Source: Candidatus Levyibacteriota bacterium
GTDB taxonomy: Bacteria; Patescibacteriota; Microgenomatia; Levybacterales; UBA12049
DNA: 64,000 nucleotides
Reading direction: 5' to 3'
Assembly (NCBI GenBank): GCA_038253825.1
Contig: JBBSGT010000001.1
Span: 11,819 to 75,818 of the forward strand
This document shows positions 19,410 to 29,437 of this stretch, piece by piece. The notes below the pieces were generated by a model. That model had not been told where the DNA came from, did no database searches, and saw nothing but the letters and a program-made list of their open reading frames with translations. The position numbers and the translations under genes are program-made. Positions within the stretch are counted from its first letter, which is position 1. Each line of letters begins with the position of its first letter.

Positions 19410-19988
19410 ATGCTCAAGGAACCGATCATGCAAAAATTAAAGAAAGAATATCCAGCGCCTGAATTCGAAGATAGAAGTGCGGATTTGATGCAATCGATGA
19501 TTAAATCAATCATTTCGCAACAGCTTTCAGTAAAAGCTGCCTCGACAATTTTTGGACGTTTTCAAGATTTATTCATTGCTAACTCCTTTCCAACGGACAA
19601 AGAAATTTTAGCAATGGATGATGAGATTATGCGAAGTGCTGGACTGTCTTATGCAAAAATAAAATATGTAAAATCCGTTGCCAACGCATTTGTCAGTGAT
19701 CTTATTGACATCAAAAAGATCAGAAAGCAATCCGACGAGGAAGTTATTTCTGAGTTAATACAAATTCATGGAATTGGACGATGGACTGCTGAGATGATCT
19801 TGATATTTTCATTACAACGGCCTGATATATTCTCTATTGATGATTTAGGAATTAGAAATGCAATTACGAGACTTTATGGAATTAGCGACAGAAAAGAAAT
19901 GCTAGAATTATCTGAAAAATGGAAACCTTATAGATCAACTGCATGTTGGTATTTATGGAGAAGCCTGGGCAATGCACCTGCTGCCTGA
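19410..19988 (+). CDS. HhH-GPD superfamily DNA glycosylase (AlkA/3-methyladenine glycosylase II-like)
   Basis: The helix-hairpin-helix + GPD motif is 'IHGIGRWTAEMILIFSLQRPDIFSIDDLGIRNAI'. The ATG follows directly after the mutL stop codon, so it is probably an operon member. Confidence 0.7.
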   Translation: MLKEPIMQKLKKEYPAPEFEDRSADLMQSMIKSIISQQLSVKAASTIFGRFQDLFIANSFPTDKEILAMDDEIMRSAGLSYAKIKYVKSVANAFVSDLIDIKKIRKQSDEEVISELIQIHGIGRWTAEMILIFSLQRPDIFSIDDLGIRNAITRLYGISDRKEMLELSEKWKPYRSTACWYLWRSLGNAPAA

Positions 19989-21745
19989 TCTGGATTTTGA
20001 TACTGAATCAGCTTAATAGATTTTTGACTTAAGATTTGTTTTTCAATTAAGTAGGAAATGATTTGATTGATGCACTCTTTCGGCGTTTTTTTTGCTGTGT
20101 TAATTGTTATCGCCGGATTGGTTGGTGTCTCGTATGGATCATCAATACCAGTCATCCCTTTCAATTTATTCTTTTTCGCTTTTCGATATAAGCCCTTAAC
20201 ATCACGTTTTATACACACTTCAAGCGGTGTTGATAAGTAGATCTCAATATAGTGACCATTTGGGGAAATGAGATTTCGATTGTATGTTCGTGCATCGGCG
20301 TAAGGAGCAATTGCAGCACAAATCGCAATACCTTTGTGTTTGGTTATTTCATTGGCAACAAATCCAAGTCGGGTAATATTGGTGTATCTATCTTCTCTGC
20401 TAAAACCAAGACCTTTGGATAAATTACTTCGAATGACATCTCCATCCAAAAGTGAAATTTCTCTTTCTTGGATTTCAGTAAGTTTATATAATAACATCTT
20501 TGCCAGTGTCGACTTACCTGAGGAAGGTAATCCGGTAAAGAAAATCGTTACACCTTTCTTCTTTTTACGTCCCGCATTTTCTCGTAATTCATCAATAATC
20601 TCTGGGAAAGAAAGCCAATCTGGCAATGGCTCATTATTTAATAACCTTTCTCGTACTTGCGTTCCTGAGATTTTGAGAATTGTATGTTTTTTATTGACTT
20701 TGTTGATGGGAAGATATTGCTTTTTCTCTTTGACATAAACCATTTCTTTAAATAGAACTGGCGTAATAGCTAATTCTTTCTCACAGGATTTCAAGAAATC
20801 GTGAGCATCATATTCTCCATAATAAGGTTTTCCCAAACGATCTTTTCCGGGACTTGCATGATCGCGACCGACAATAAAATGCGTGCATCCATAATTTTTT
20901 CTGATGATTGCATGAAGTACTGCTTCTCTCGGGCCTGCCATTCTCATTGCAAGTGGAAGCAGACTCAGCATACCGAAATCTTGCATGTAATTATTGTACA
21001 AATGGATATAACATCGCGTTCTGGTAATGTAATCAATATCTCCATCTTTAGTTTGTCCGACACTGGGATGAAGTAAAATTTTTGCTTCATACGTCTTGGC
21101 TGCATCTTTAATCAATGTATAGTGTGCTCGATGTAGGGGATTACGAGTTTGAAATCCAATAACTTTTTCCCAACCAAATTTTTTAAATACCTTTCGTAGT
21201 TCTGTGGGAGTAAGTCTAAAATCAGTAAAATCGTAGTGTGGAATTTCTTTTAATCCTTCAATTTTTCCTCCGAGATAGTATTTACCCGTTGCGTCAAACA
21301 GTTGTCTTACCCCAAAGTGATCAGTATCAGTTGTATCATACACTTTTTTTGCTTCTTTCTTCTTATCTGGTTGATAGATTGAGGTAATTGTGAAGAGTGC
21401 ATATGGTTCATTATACGCATCACAGAGTAGTAAAATAGTTCCTTCTTTATAATTTGATATATCATCAACGTCCAGGACAATAGGAATTGGCCATACAGTT
21501 CCGTCTGTCAGTCTGGCATCATTGACTACAGACTGATATGTATTTTCATCCATAAAACCTTCAAGTGGAGAAAACCCGCCATTGAGCAGTAATTCCAGAT
21601 CACAAAGTTGTCTCTGTGTAAGAGTTATACGGAGAGCAGTTTCGAACTGTTCAAGAAGCTTTTGTCTTTTGCTAGATTCTGTAATAACTAATGGTTTTAA
21701 CAAACCTCCATGAGCCAAAAAAGTGGTTTCTAATTTCGTTATCAT
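19928..21745 (-). CDS. Bifunctional sulfate adenylyltransferase (ATP sulfurylase) / adenylyl-sulfate kinase (PAPS synthase)
   Basis: 605 aa. The ATP-sulfurylase motifs 'GFQTRNPLHRAHY' and 'HFIVGRDHASPG' are followed by an APS-kinase domain: P-loop 'GLPSSGKSTLA', 'LDGDVIRSNLSKGLGFSREDR' and 'AICAAIAPYADAR'. Confidence 0.85.
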   Translation of the reverse strand: MITKLETTFLAHGGLLKPLVITESSKRQKLLEQFETALRITLTQRQLCDLELLLNGGFSPLEGFMDENTYQSVVNDARLTDGTVWPIPIVLDVDDISNYKEGTILLLCDAYNEPYALFTITSIYQPDKKKEAKKVYDTTDTDHFGVRQLFDATGKYYLGGKIEGLKEIPHYDFTDFRLTPTELRKVFKKFGWEKVIGFQTRNPLHRAHYTLIKDAAKTYEAKILLHPSVGQTKDGDIDYITRTRCYIHLYNNYMQDFGMLSLLPLAMRMAGPREAVLHAIIRKNYGCTHFIVGRDHASPGKDRLGKPYYGEYDAHDFLKSCEKELAITPVLFKEMVYVKEKKQYLPINKVNKKHTILKISGTQVRERLLNNEPLPDWLSFPEIIDELRENAGRKKKKGVTIFFTGLPSSGKSTLAKMLLYKLTEIQEREISLLDGDVIRSNLSKGLGFSREDRYTNITRLGFVANEITKHKGIAICAAIAPYADARTYNRNLISPNGHYIEIYLSTPLEVCIKRDVKGLYRKAKKNKLKGMTGIDDPYETPTNPAITINTAKKTPKECINQIISYLIEKQILSQKSIKLIQYQNPDQAAGALPRLLHKYQHAVDL

Positions 21746-21892
21746 TTTTTTAGTGTAATTGTTTTTTTAGAGAAATGCTACCTAAATAATAACATTATTT
21801 CTTGTCTCTATGCTTTTATCCCTCAGAAAAAGCTGTTTCAGGTACTTGACAAAGGTATATGCTCGTGTATACGATGAATATAACAAAAGGAT

Positions 21893-22795
21893 ATGAAGAT
21901 ACAAAAAGGCATCCATCATTTAAAATATACAAGACCGCAATGGTATAAGGATTATCATCAGTGGGAACACCATGCTTTCTTACATTGGGCGACCTTTGTG
22001 GTTTCTTCAATTGTCATTACAATGGGATTCGTAAATATTGTATTTCAGATGCAGCAACACGCTCCTAAAGTTGAAATAGCAAATGCTGCAAGCACTGTAT
22101 TGACACAAAATGTTAATGGTGGTACTTTAACTATCTCAAATAACGGGAATCAGGCGCTCAGTGCAGCAACAGTATCTACATCAAATCAAAATACAACCGG
22201 TAGTCTCGGGACAATTACCGTAACTGATAATAGAGGTACTGGAGCTGGCTGGAATGCTACAGCGACATCAACGCATTTTCTGAAATTTAACGCTGCTACG
22301 AAAATAACAGGTGCTAATTCCACCGTATCTACAAATACCGGCAGCAGTACGTGGTCAGGCGTCACTGGCGGGACATATACCATAACTATTGCAACCGGTG
22401 GATCAGTGGGTACTGCGACATTTAACGTTACTGGTCTTGAATCAGCTAGTAATGTTCCTACTGGTAGTGGTACAGGTATTGCAATCGGTATAAAAGGACT
22501 ATTGGCAGACTTCAATACTGCGACATATGTTACTGGTGATTCTTGGACTATCCGGGTAGATGTTATTCCTGTAACTGGGTTACAGATTACACCTGGTGCA
22601 GTATCGCCTTCAACCGGTATCACCGGGGGATCAGTGCATACGTTTACAACTACTACAGATCCAGCAAGTCTGATGAGTGCAACAGCAGGAAACGGTTTGG
22701 GATCATACACTCAAACCCCAAGTCTGCAATTAACTGTTCCTGCAAATTCTTATGCCAACAGCTATACAGCTACTGTCACAGAAACTGTACTGTAA
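21893..22795 (+). CDS. WxL-like surface protein A, with His/Trp-rich cytoplasmic N-tail plus signal-anchor TM
   Basis: 300 aa with a C-terminal module 'GTITVTDNRGTGAGWNATATSTHF ... DSWTIRVDVIPVTGLQITPG ... SYANSYTATVTETVL'. It is about 60% identical to ORF 28513..29433, and its C-terminus is shared with the 554-aa protein, which has a canonical 'GWGLTV' WxL motif. Confidence 0.6.
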   Translation: MKIQKGIHHLKYTRPQWYKDYHQWEHHAFLHWATFVVSSIVITMGFVNIVFQMQQHAPKVEIANAASTVLTQNVNGGTLTISNNGNQALSAATVSTSNQNTTGSLGTITVTDNRGTGAGWNATATSTHFLKFNAATKITGANSTVSTNTGSSTWSGVTGGTYTITIATGGSVGTATFNVTGLESASNVPTGSGTGIAIGIKGLLADFNTATYVTGDSWTIRVDVIPVTGLQITPGAVSPSTGITGGSVHTFTTTTDPASLMSATAGNGLGSYTQTPSLQLTVPANSYANSYTATVTETVL

Positions 22796-22811
22796 CACTG
22801 TGTTTTTTAAA

Positions 22812-25499
22812 ATGAAGAAATTATTATTTTTAATTCTCCTATTACCTTTTTTTTCTATTTTTACCCCTATTGCTTTTGCATCGTCTACTCTTGATCAAAA
22901 AGATTTAAATCAGAACGGCTATTATGACAATGTCGAACGGTATCCCGCTCAAAGTTTTGTTCCAACAGAGTCTTCTCCTATCTCAGAAATTGATCTCTCA
23001 ATTTGCAAAAAGGGATCTCCTAACGAAAATGTATATCTAACATTAGAAAATGATTCTAATGGATATCCTTCAGGTTATCCATTAGTTACTTCGAGCGTAA
23101 TCAATACTAGCGATCTACAAACTTGTCCCTCAGGAGAATGGAAATCTTTTAACTTTTCTTCTACTTACAATTTTACTTCAGGAAGGACTTATTGGCTGGT
23201 AACCCATACTACTAATCAAGGGACTGACACAGATAATGTCGCTTATGCATATGATGGAAATAATAATTATCCAATGGGAACACTTGCACAACATATTGCT
23301 GCTTGGACTTATCAAAGTTTTGATTTAGATTTCAAAGAGTATTATGATCATTCATTGACTCCGATTGGACCGGTATTAGATCAATCGGTTACAACTGGTA
23401 CTGATAATTACTCCTACTCTAATTCAAGCAATTCAACTCGTAAACAGGTAGCAGAATCATTTACACCTTCATATTCAGGTCGTATTAGTCAAATTAGTAT
23501 TGATTCAAGTATCTATTCAGCGGAGGTAGGAAGTACTTACATAACTATTAACTCAGATAATTCGGGAAGCCCATCAAATAACATTTTGTGTACTTCATCT
23601 AATATTGATTTCAATACTTTTCCAATTAATCCCAATTATAGCTACATTAATTATTCATTCTCTTGTAATTATAATTTTAATTCCGGTAGTAAATATTGGA
23701 TTGTTACTCATTCCCCGATTTTAATTGGGAATACTCCATATGTTCATAGTTCTAATACGAATGTATACCCTAATAATTATATGTTCTTTTTCGATGGGAC
23801 GTCTTGGAATAAAAATAATTATAATTTTAATTTTAAAGAATATTTTGATAATTCTGCAACAATAACGCCTACCCCTACAACGCAACCTATATACACTGTT
23901 AATGGTATAGTATATCAAGATATCAATCAAAATGGATTGCAAGACAGTGGAGAATCAGGATTCGCAAACGCAACAGTTACATTATCAGACGGACAGTCAT
24001 CAGTAACAAATGATACTGGAGACTATGTAATTCCTAATGTCCCCGATGGTGTCTATACAGTATCGCTAACTTTGCCAAATGGCTATTTCGCAACAACAAC
24101 AAATCCAAAATCCAATCTGTCTGTAAGTTCAAACTCAGTAGTAAACTTTGGTATCACAAAGCCCCATAATGCTCCTACGACCACAGCAAGTCTTTCTCCA
24201 ACTCTAATGTCAAATGGCGAATATCCAAACCCAGTCTGGGTTACGTTAGCTGCAACCGCGGATGCGGGTTACAGTGTCAGTAAGAATTATTATCAAATTG
24301 ATACAGGGGCTCAACAAGAATATTATGGCCCATTTAGTGTATCGACAGCCGGAAGTCATACTATTACGTATTGGTCCGTTGATGATGCAGGGCTTGAGGA
24401 ATCACCACATCCGTCAAAGTCATTTTCTATAGATAGCACAATCACTGACGGACAAGTACAGGCAGGACAGCAATCAGTGAATCTTGGTAATGGAATTACA
24501 ATCACTGGTAATTTCACCTCCAGTGGTTATATAACGGTAACTCCCTCAACAAATAATCAAGGAGGGACGATCCCTTCTGAATACAAAATCTTAAATACAT
24601 TTTATTACATCACATCAACAGCTACGTTTACTGGACCATTGACAATATCTTTTGAATATACTAAACAAAATGCTGATAATCCAAATCTCAATCTACTGCA
24701 TTATGACGGAACTAATTGGGTTAATGTTACTAATTCCTATGATCCCCAGACCCATATTATGACAGCAACTGTCTATTCACTTTCACCATTTGCTGTCGTT
24801 ATTCCTGACATTACAGCGCCGACAATAACTGATTTTAGTCTCTCTCCTTATGTGGTATCAAATGGATCGTCGTCCACCATTACTGCAGGAGCGACAGACG
24901 ATTTAACCGGCGTACAAACAGTGACATATACGCTCACATCAAGTACAGGACAAGTTACCTCAGGCAATCTTGACTTTATCAGTCCTTCAGGAAAATGGGA
25001 CGCAAATGTAACGCCACCAACAGGTGTATATAGTATTCAACTTACTGCAACAGATATTGCAGGAAATAGTTCTAAATCTGACACTCAGTACCTTGCTGTC
25101 TATGATCCATCGGCTGGGTCTGTTACAGGTGGAGGATGGGTAATACCGGATAACACTACAAGAGTAGGTGTATCAGCAGATGCAAAATCTAACTTTGGTT
25201 TTGTAGCTAAATATATTAATGGCATTCCTACTGGAAATATGACTATCAATTATATAAATGATGGGCTAGAGTTTAAGAGCACAACAGTTGATTGGGTAAT
25301 TATTTCTGGCTCTGTTGCAGATTTTCAGGGACAAATGACACTTAACGGTACTAGTAATTATACATATAGAGTACATGTCGTTGATAGCTCTCCTGATCAG
25401 TATGATATTCGCATTTGGGACGGTAATAGATCATTTAATAATCCTTCCTATAGAATTTCCAATAGCCTTGGAGGTGGGAGCATTATTATTCATCAATGA
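22812..25499 (+). CDS. Large secreted multidomain surface protein (internal ~130-aa repeats, SdrD-B/Cna-B-like domain, Ig-like domains)
   Basis: Signal peptide MKKLLFLILLLPFFSIFTPIAFASS. Two internal repeats are seen ('SGRTYWLVTHTTNQGTDTDNVAYAYDGNNNYP' and 'SGSKYWIVTHSP...YPNNYMFFFDGTSWNKNNY'). 'VNGIVYQDINQNGLQDSGESGFANATVTLSD...TGDYVIPNVPDGVYTV' matches SdrD B-like repeats. 'YYQIDTGAQQEYYGPFSVSTAGSHTITYWSVDDAGLEE' resembles chitobiase-type Ig-like domains. Confidence 0.6.
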   Translation: MKKLLFLILLLPFFSIFTPIAFASSTLDQKDLNQNGYYDNVERYPAQSFVPTESSPISEIDLSICKKGSPNENVYLTLENDSNGYPSGYPLVTSSVINTSDLQTCPSGEWKSFNFSSTYNFTSGRTYWLVTHTTNQGTDTDNVAYAYDGNNNYPMGTLAQHIAAWTYQSFDLDFKEYYDHSLTPIGPVLDQSVTTGTDNYSYSNSSNSTRKQVAESFTPSYSGRISQISIDSSIYSAEVGSTYITINSDNSGSPSNNILCTSSNIDFNTFPINPNYSYINYSFSCNYNFNSGSKYWIVTHSPILIGNTPYVHSSNTNVYPNNYMFFFDGTSWNKNNYNFNFKEYFDNSATITPTPTTQPIYTVNGIVYQDINQNGLQDSGESGFANATVTLSDGQSSVTNDTGDYVIPNVPDGVYTVSLTLPNGYFATTTNPKSNLSVSSNSVVNFGITKPHNAPTTTASLSPTLMSNGEYPNPVWVTLAATADAGYSVSKNYYQIDTGAQQEYYGPFSVSTAGSHTITYWSVDDAGLEESPHPSKSFSIDSTITDGQVQAGQQSVNLGNGITITGNFTSSGYITVTPSTNNQGGTIPSEYKILNTFYYITSTATFTGPLTISFEYTKQNADNPNLNLLHYDGTNWVNVTNSYDPQTHIMTATVYSLSPFAVVIPDITAPTITDFSLSPYVVSNGSSSTITAGATDDLTGVQTVTYTLTSSTGQVTSGNLDFISPSGKWDANVTPPTGVYSIQLTATDIAGNSSKSDTQYLAVYDPSAGSVTGGGWVIPDNTTRVGVSADAKSNFGFVAKYINGIPTGNMTINYINDGLEFKSTTVDWVIISGSVADFQGQMTLNGTSNYTYRVHVVDSSPDQYDIRIWDGNRSFNNPSYRISNSLGGGSIIIHQ

Positions 25500-25557
25500 T
25501 TGATTGCTCTTCCTTTAGTGCTTGACATAGCATACGATAATAGTAGATATTTATAGT

Positions 25558-26694
25558 ATGAGCATAAGTAATATATTCAAAAGGTTAAATTTATTTAAAA
25601 TGAAAAATAATACTTTATTTTTAAGCAACAAAGCTGTTTTTTTTAAAAAATTCATTTCAAGTTGGGTTCTTTTCGCAATTCTTTATTGCATGATTTTTGC
25701 GGTTCCTGCCTTTGCCGTAGAAACAAAAGCCATAAGCGCGCATCCAGCACATCCCACTGATACAGATCCACGCACAAAATCATGGTTTATTTTTTCTCTT
25801 CCCGCTGGAGATAAAAGAAATGATGCGGTAGTTGTGATAAATAACGGCACCGAACCAACTACCTTAAAAGTCTATCCAGCAGATTCTACAACGATGAAAG
25901 ATGGAGGATTTGCACTCACGAATTTCGGTACACCCAAACATGATGTCGGTGCATGGATTACGATGAATGCTTCAGAAATTACCCTCGCGCCAAAGGAATC
26001 TAGAAATTTACCCTTTACGATAGCTATACCTTCAAACGCTGTAAAAGGAGAACATTCTGGTGGGATTATCTTCGAAGAGACAGTACCGAAAAAGATGAAG
26101 AACCAAGGAATGAACATTAATGTCATATCCCGGATTGGTGTACGTATTTATGAAACAGTTCCTGGTGATGAACAATTAAATATGATTGTTCGTGATTTAA
26201 AAACTTCTGTTACAGACAATCTTCTTAAATTTAATTTTACAGTGGAAAATAAAGGCACAGTCCATATCGCACCCACTGGTATGCTTGAAGTAAAGGATAT
26301 GCTTGGACGAGTCATTGAGAGAGAACCTTTGGATACATTGGTTGGTACAGTTGTACCGGGAGAACCTGAGACGATAACTGTTCCTACGCATACAATGCCT
26401 CCATTCTTTGGTTGGGATACAGCGAGTGTCGCGCTTTATTATTCTCCCACCAAAGCAGCTGTTGCAAGTACTATGTTTATGCCAAACCCGTGGAGCATGT
26501 ATGGAACAATCGCTCTTATTTTGCTCATCATTGCCTACTTCGTATCCAGAAATCGACTAATGCAAAAGAATCAAAAAACAGGTAAAATTATCTTGGCTCC
26601 TCATGTCAGGCTTATCGTTGCTGGTATTTTGTTAGGTATCATTGCGTTTAGCGGTTTTGTGGTTTACCTGATGAATTACTTCTTTGGAAGATAA
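25558..26694 (+). CDS. DUF916-like (WxL-interacting, CscA-like) cell-surface protein with C-terminal TM anchors
   Basis: 'KSWFIFSLPAGDKRNDAVVVINNGTEPTTLKVYPADSTTMKDGGFAL' and 'NLPFTIAIPSNAVKGEHSGGIIFEE' match the DUF916 N-domain pattern. Two C-terminal TM helices follow. The start may be the internal ATG at 25600. Confidence 0.65.
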   Translation: MSISNIFKRLNLFKMKNNTLFLSNKAVFFKKFISSWVLFAILYCMIFAVPAFAVETKAISAHPAHPTDTDPRTKSWFIFSLPAGDKRNDAVVVINNGTEPTTLKVYPADSTTMKDGGFALTNFGTPKHDVGAWITMNASEITLAPKESRNLPFTIAIPSNAVKGEHSGGIIFEETVPKKMKNQGMNINVISRIGVRIYETVPGDEQLNMIVRDLKTSVTDNLLKFNFTVENKGTVHIAPTGMLEVKDMLGRVIEREPLDTLVGTVVPGEPETITVPTHTMPPFFGWDTASVALYYSPTKAAVASTMFMPNPWSMYGTIALILLIIAYFVSRNRLMQKNQKTGKIILAPHVRLIVAGILLGIIAFSGFVVYLMNYFFGR

Positions 26695-26774
26695 GTTTTA
26701 AAACTCCATTATACTCTTTGCGTAAGAAGCGTCCTACTGCACATTGTCAACGAAATATACTACAATAAATATAG

Positions 26775-28439
26775 ATGACTATGAAATGGATCTACTTTAA
26801 ATTGGTGAGTATATTCTTTCTTTTCTTATTTTTTGCAATGGGTGGTAATTTAACTTTTCATCCCACAACTGCAAATGCACAGCAAGTTGCAGTTACAAAT
26901 ATTCCTACAGCATGGATACACAATAAACAGCGTATTGTTCAGTATAACGGTACCAACTTTTTTATTTTCTATAGTAAAGGATCGACAGAAATATATTCGA
27001 GGTCAGCATCTACTATTGCAGGTTTAGCTAGTGCAAGTGAAGTACTTTTAACCGGTGGGCATGTGCTTGCTAATTCAGATTGGGATGTCTATTGGATAGA
27101 TGATACAAAATTTGATATTGTCTATCAAGATTCTACCACTACAACCCAATTCAAAGTCCTTACATGCCCCATTACCAGTGGGACAACCATTGGCACCTGT
27201 ACAGGACCGGCAACAGGAACAGCGACGACCGCACCCGGGTCGATGACTATAATCCGAACACCGAGTGCAAACAGGATATGGGTGGCAGTCAGACGGGGAA
27301 CGACCGGCGCAATCGAAGTCTATGACGCAACAACAACAGGAGATGCAGCCTCTGGTATGGCCTTTACCAAAGTAGGTGGTGGCTCGGGGAACTTGGTCAG
27401 CTATATATCGATGGTGGCTTACGGCTTATCTGATAAAGTAATCGCTGTTGTGCAAAACAATGGAACGAATAATTCAACCAAAGATATTGAGAGTCAAATT
27501 TGCACAACGGCCTCATGTACGGGAGTAAATGTCGTCCCTGCCACAGCTTTTGGTACCAATTTGACGAAAATGGGCAATCTCATTCGCATCTCAGATACTG
27601 ATTTTCGATTTGTCTATGTTGATATCTCCACACCTTCCAACCTCAAGGAAGCAAAATTTGATGGCAACACGACCTGGACCGCTATCTTTGCAACAATTGA
27701 TAGCGGTGGCGGACAAAAAAATCCATCTCTCTTTTATGACAGAACCAGCGGAGATGAATATGTCTTTTATGCCGATAGCTCGACCCCAAATCATATCCAG
27801 CGCTACTACAAACTTTCTGGTAGTTCATGGGGAGTGACAAAGACTGAGGTTGATACAGGTGAAGCTACTGCCAACTCATTCCCGATAACACAGATGCATG
27901 AGGCACCAACTGGAAGTTCACGTACTGTGCCGAGAGAATTACCATGGTGCTACCGTAATGCTAATGGATCAAATTTTAATATTGTCTGTGGAGATCTAAC
28001 ACTTGCTTCTGCAGGCTCGCTTGGATTAACAGCACCAAGTAGTACAACCTTAAGCAGTGTTACCGTAGCAGAAACAGTACAATCCAGTACGGGAAGTTTG
28101 GGGACAACGACTGCAAGTGATTCTCGCAGTGGCAACCCTGGATGGGGTTTGACAGTATCGTGTAGTGATTTTACTGCGAGTACACATACGATAGGTATTA
28201 GCAATTTGACCATAAATCCCAATAATGGTACCCTCGCTGTAGTATCCGGCTCCGGGACAGGAGTAACTGCAGGATCTTCCCATACCTTTACCAACACTTC
28301 AGATGCTGCAACCATTATGACTGCCACTTTAGGGAATGGGAATGGCCAGTATACGATCAATCCGGGATTGTCTTTGGCAATCCCCGTTGGTTCTTATGCA
28401 GGCAATTATACAGCTACGATTACTGAAACTTTATTGTAA
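26775..28439 (+). CDS. Secreted protein with large N-terminal (beta-rich) domain and C-terminal WxL domain
   Basis: 554 aa with a signal peptide. The C-terminus 'TASDSRSGNPGWGLTVSCSDF...SYAGNYTATITETLL' contains a literal W-x-L motif and shares the terminal module with ORFs A and B. Confidence 0.6.
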   Translation: MTMKWIYFKLVSIFFLFLFFAMGGNLTFHPTTANAQQVAVTNIPTAWIHNKQRIVQYNGTNFFIFYSKGSTEIYSRSASTIAGLASASEVLLTGGHVLANSDWDVYWIDDTKFDIVYQDSTTTTQFKVLTCPITSGTTIGTCTGPATGTATTAPGSMTIIRTPSANRIWVAVRRGTTGAIEVYDATTTGDAASGMAFTKVGGGSGNLVSYISMVAYGLSDKVIAVVQNNGTNNSTKDIESQICTTASCTGVNVVPATAFGTNLTKMGNLIRISDTDFRFVYVDISTPSNLKEAKFDGNTTWTAIFATIDSGGGQKNPSLFYDRTSGDEYVFYADSSTPNHIQRYYKLSGSSWGVTKTEVDTGEATANSFPITQMHEAPTGSSRTVPRELPWCYRNANGSNFNIVCGDLTLASAGSLGLTAPSSTTLSSVTVAETVQSSTGSLGTTTASDSRSGNPGWGLTVSCSDFTASTHTIGISNLTINPNNGTLAVVSGSGTGVTAGSSHTFTNTSDAATIMTATLGNGNGQYTINPGLSLAIPVGSYAGNYTATITETLL

Positions 28440-28512
28440 AGCCAAGGATAGCAATTGCATTCAACTCCTATCTATGAAAAAATGGTAATAAGGCATAAGT
28501 AGTGCCTTTACT

Positions 28513-29433
28513 ATGGCTGGGTTACATAAAAAGACACTGCATACAATTTATCACCATGTCCGGCATACACGCCCCAAGTGGTATCATGAATACCATAAAT
28601 GGGAACATCATAATACGCTGCATTGGGTTACTTTTGCTCTCTCATCAGTGGTTATGCTTCTGGGATTCATCAATGCGCTCCTACTGGCACAGCAGTATCC
28701 GCTCCAAGGTGTAAATGCTGCATCTACGACGGTGAATCAGCAGGTAAATCAAGGATTGTTAACGATTAGCTCAGCTGCCAGTGCAAATTTGTCGGCAGTC
28801 ACCGTAGCTGCGGCATCACAAAATTCAACAGGGAATCTTGGAACAGTGACGGTTACAGATAACACTGGGTTAGGAAACGGCTGGACTGCCAATGCCACTT
28901 GTTCACATTTTATTAAATATAATAGTCCTTTCCGAACGGGTGGTTCCGCTGGTACTTTAACTGTGGACAGCACAGCCACCTATAATAATGCTGTAGGTGG
29001 AACCTACACAATAACGATTGCCACAGGAGGATCCGTGGGTACTGCGACCTTTAACGTCACTGGTCCTGAATCATTAACAAATCAGACAACCGGCGCATCG
29101 GTCTCTATTGGGGCAAGAGGACTCGTTCTTGATTTTGCCCCGGCAACCTATACTACCAGTGACTCATGGACAATTCGTGTTGATGTCATTCCTGTCACAG
29201 GTTTACAAATCACTCCCGGTACTCGTTCTGCTAACAATGGTGCAGTATTGACAAATGTTACAGCAGGATCAGTGCATACGTTTTCAAGTACATCAGATGC
29301 AACAAGTCTAATGAGCGCAACGTCAGGATATGGTTTGGGATCATACTATGTTAACCCTGCATTACAGCTTTCTATTCCGGTAGGATCCTATGCAAGTTCG
29401 TATGTAGCAACATTTACAGAAACAGTGCAGTAA
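28513..29433 (+). CDS. WxL-like surface protein B (paralog of 21893..22795) with His/Trp-rich N-tail
   Basis: 306 aa. The N-terminal 'YHHVRHTRPKWYHEYHKWEHHNTLHW' precedes a TM helix. Then come 'GTVTVTDNTGLGNGWTANATCSHF', 'TYTITIATGGSVGTATFNVTG' and 'DSWTIRVDVIPVTGLQITPG'. Confidence 0.6.
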   Translation: MAGLHKKTLHTIYHHVRHTRPKWYHEYHKWEHHNTLHWVTFALSSVVMLLGFINALLLAQQYPLQGVNAASTTVNQQVNQGLLTISSAASANLSAVTVAAASQNSTGNLGTVTVTDNTGLGNGWTANATCSHFIKYNSPFRTGGSAGTLTVDSTATYNNAVGGTYTITIATGGSVGTATFNVTGPESLTNQTTGASVSIGARGLVLDFAPATYTTSDSWTIRVDVIPVTGLQITPGTRSANNGAVLTNVTAGSVHTFSSTSDATSLMSATSGYGLGSYYVNPALQLSIPVGSYASSYVATFTETVQ

Positions 29434-29437
29434 AAAT

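Noticed and set aside
19928..19988. 61-nt convergent overlap between the 3' ends of the HhH-GPD glycosylase gene and the Sat/CysC gene. Considered as evidence of a mis-called stop.
   Set aside because: Both C-termini are plausible, and the APS-kinase domain is complete before the overlap. Convergent 3' overlaps of this size occur in compact genomes. Noted but not treated as an error.
22186..22710. 174-aa antisense ORF inside WxL-like gene A. Similar antisense ORFs lie at 27950..28360, 28749..28979, 30028..30237 and 30604..30966 within the surface-protein genes.
   Set aside because: They lie entirely within, and opposite to, longer ORFs that carry clear conserved motifs. Gly/Thr/Val-rich genes of this kind produce long stop-free antisense frames. 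No independent motif support.
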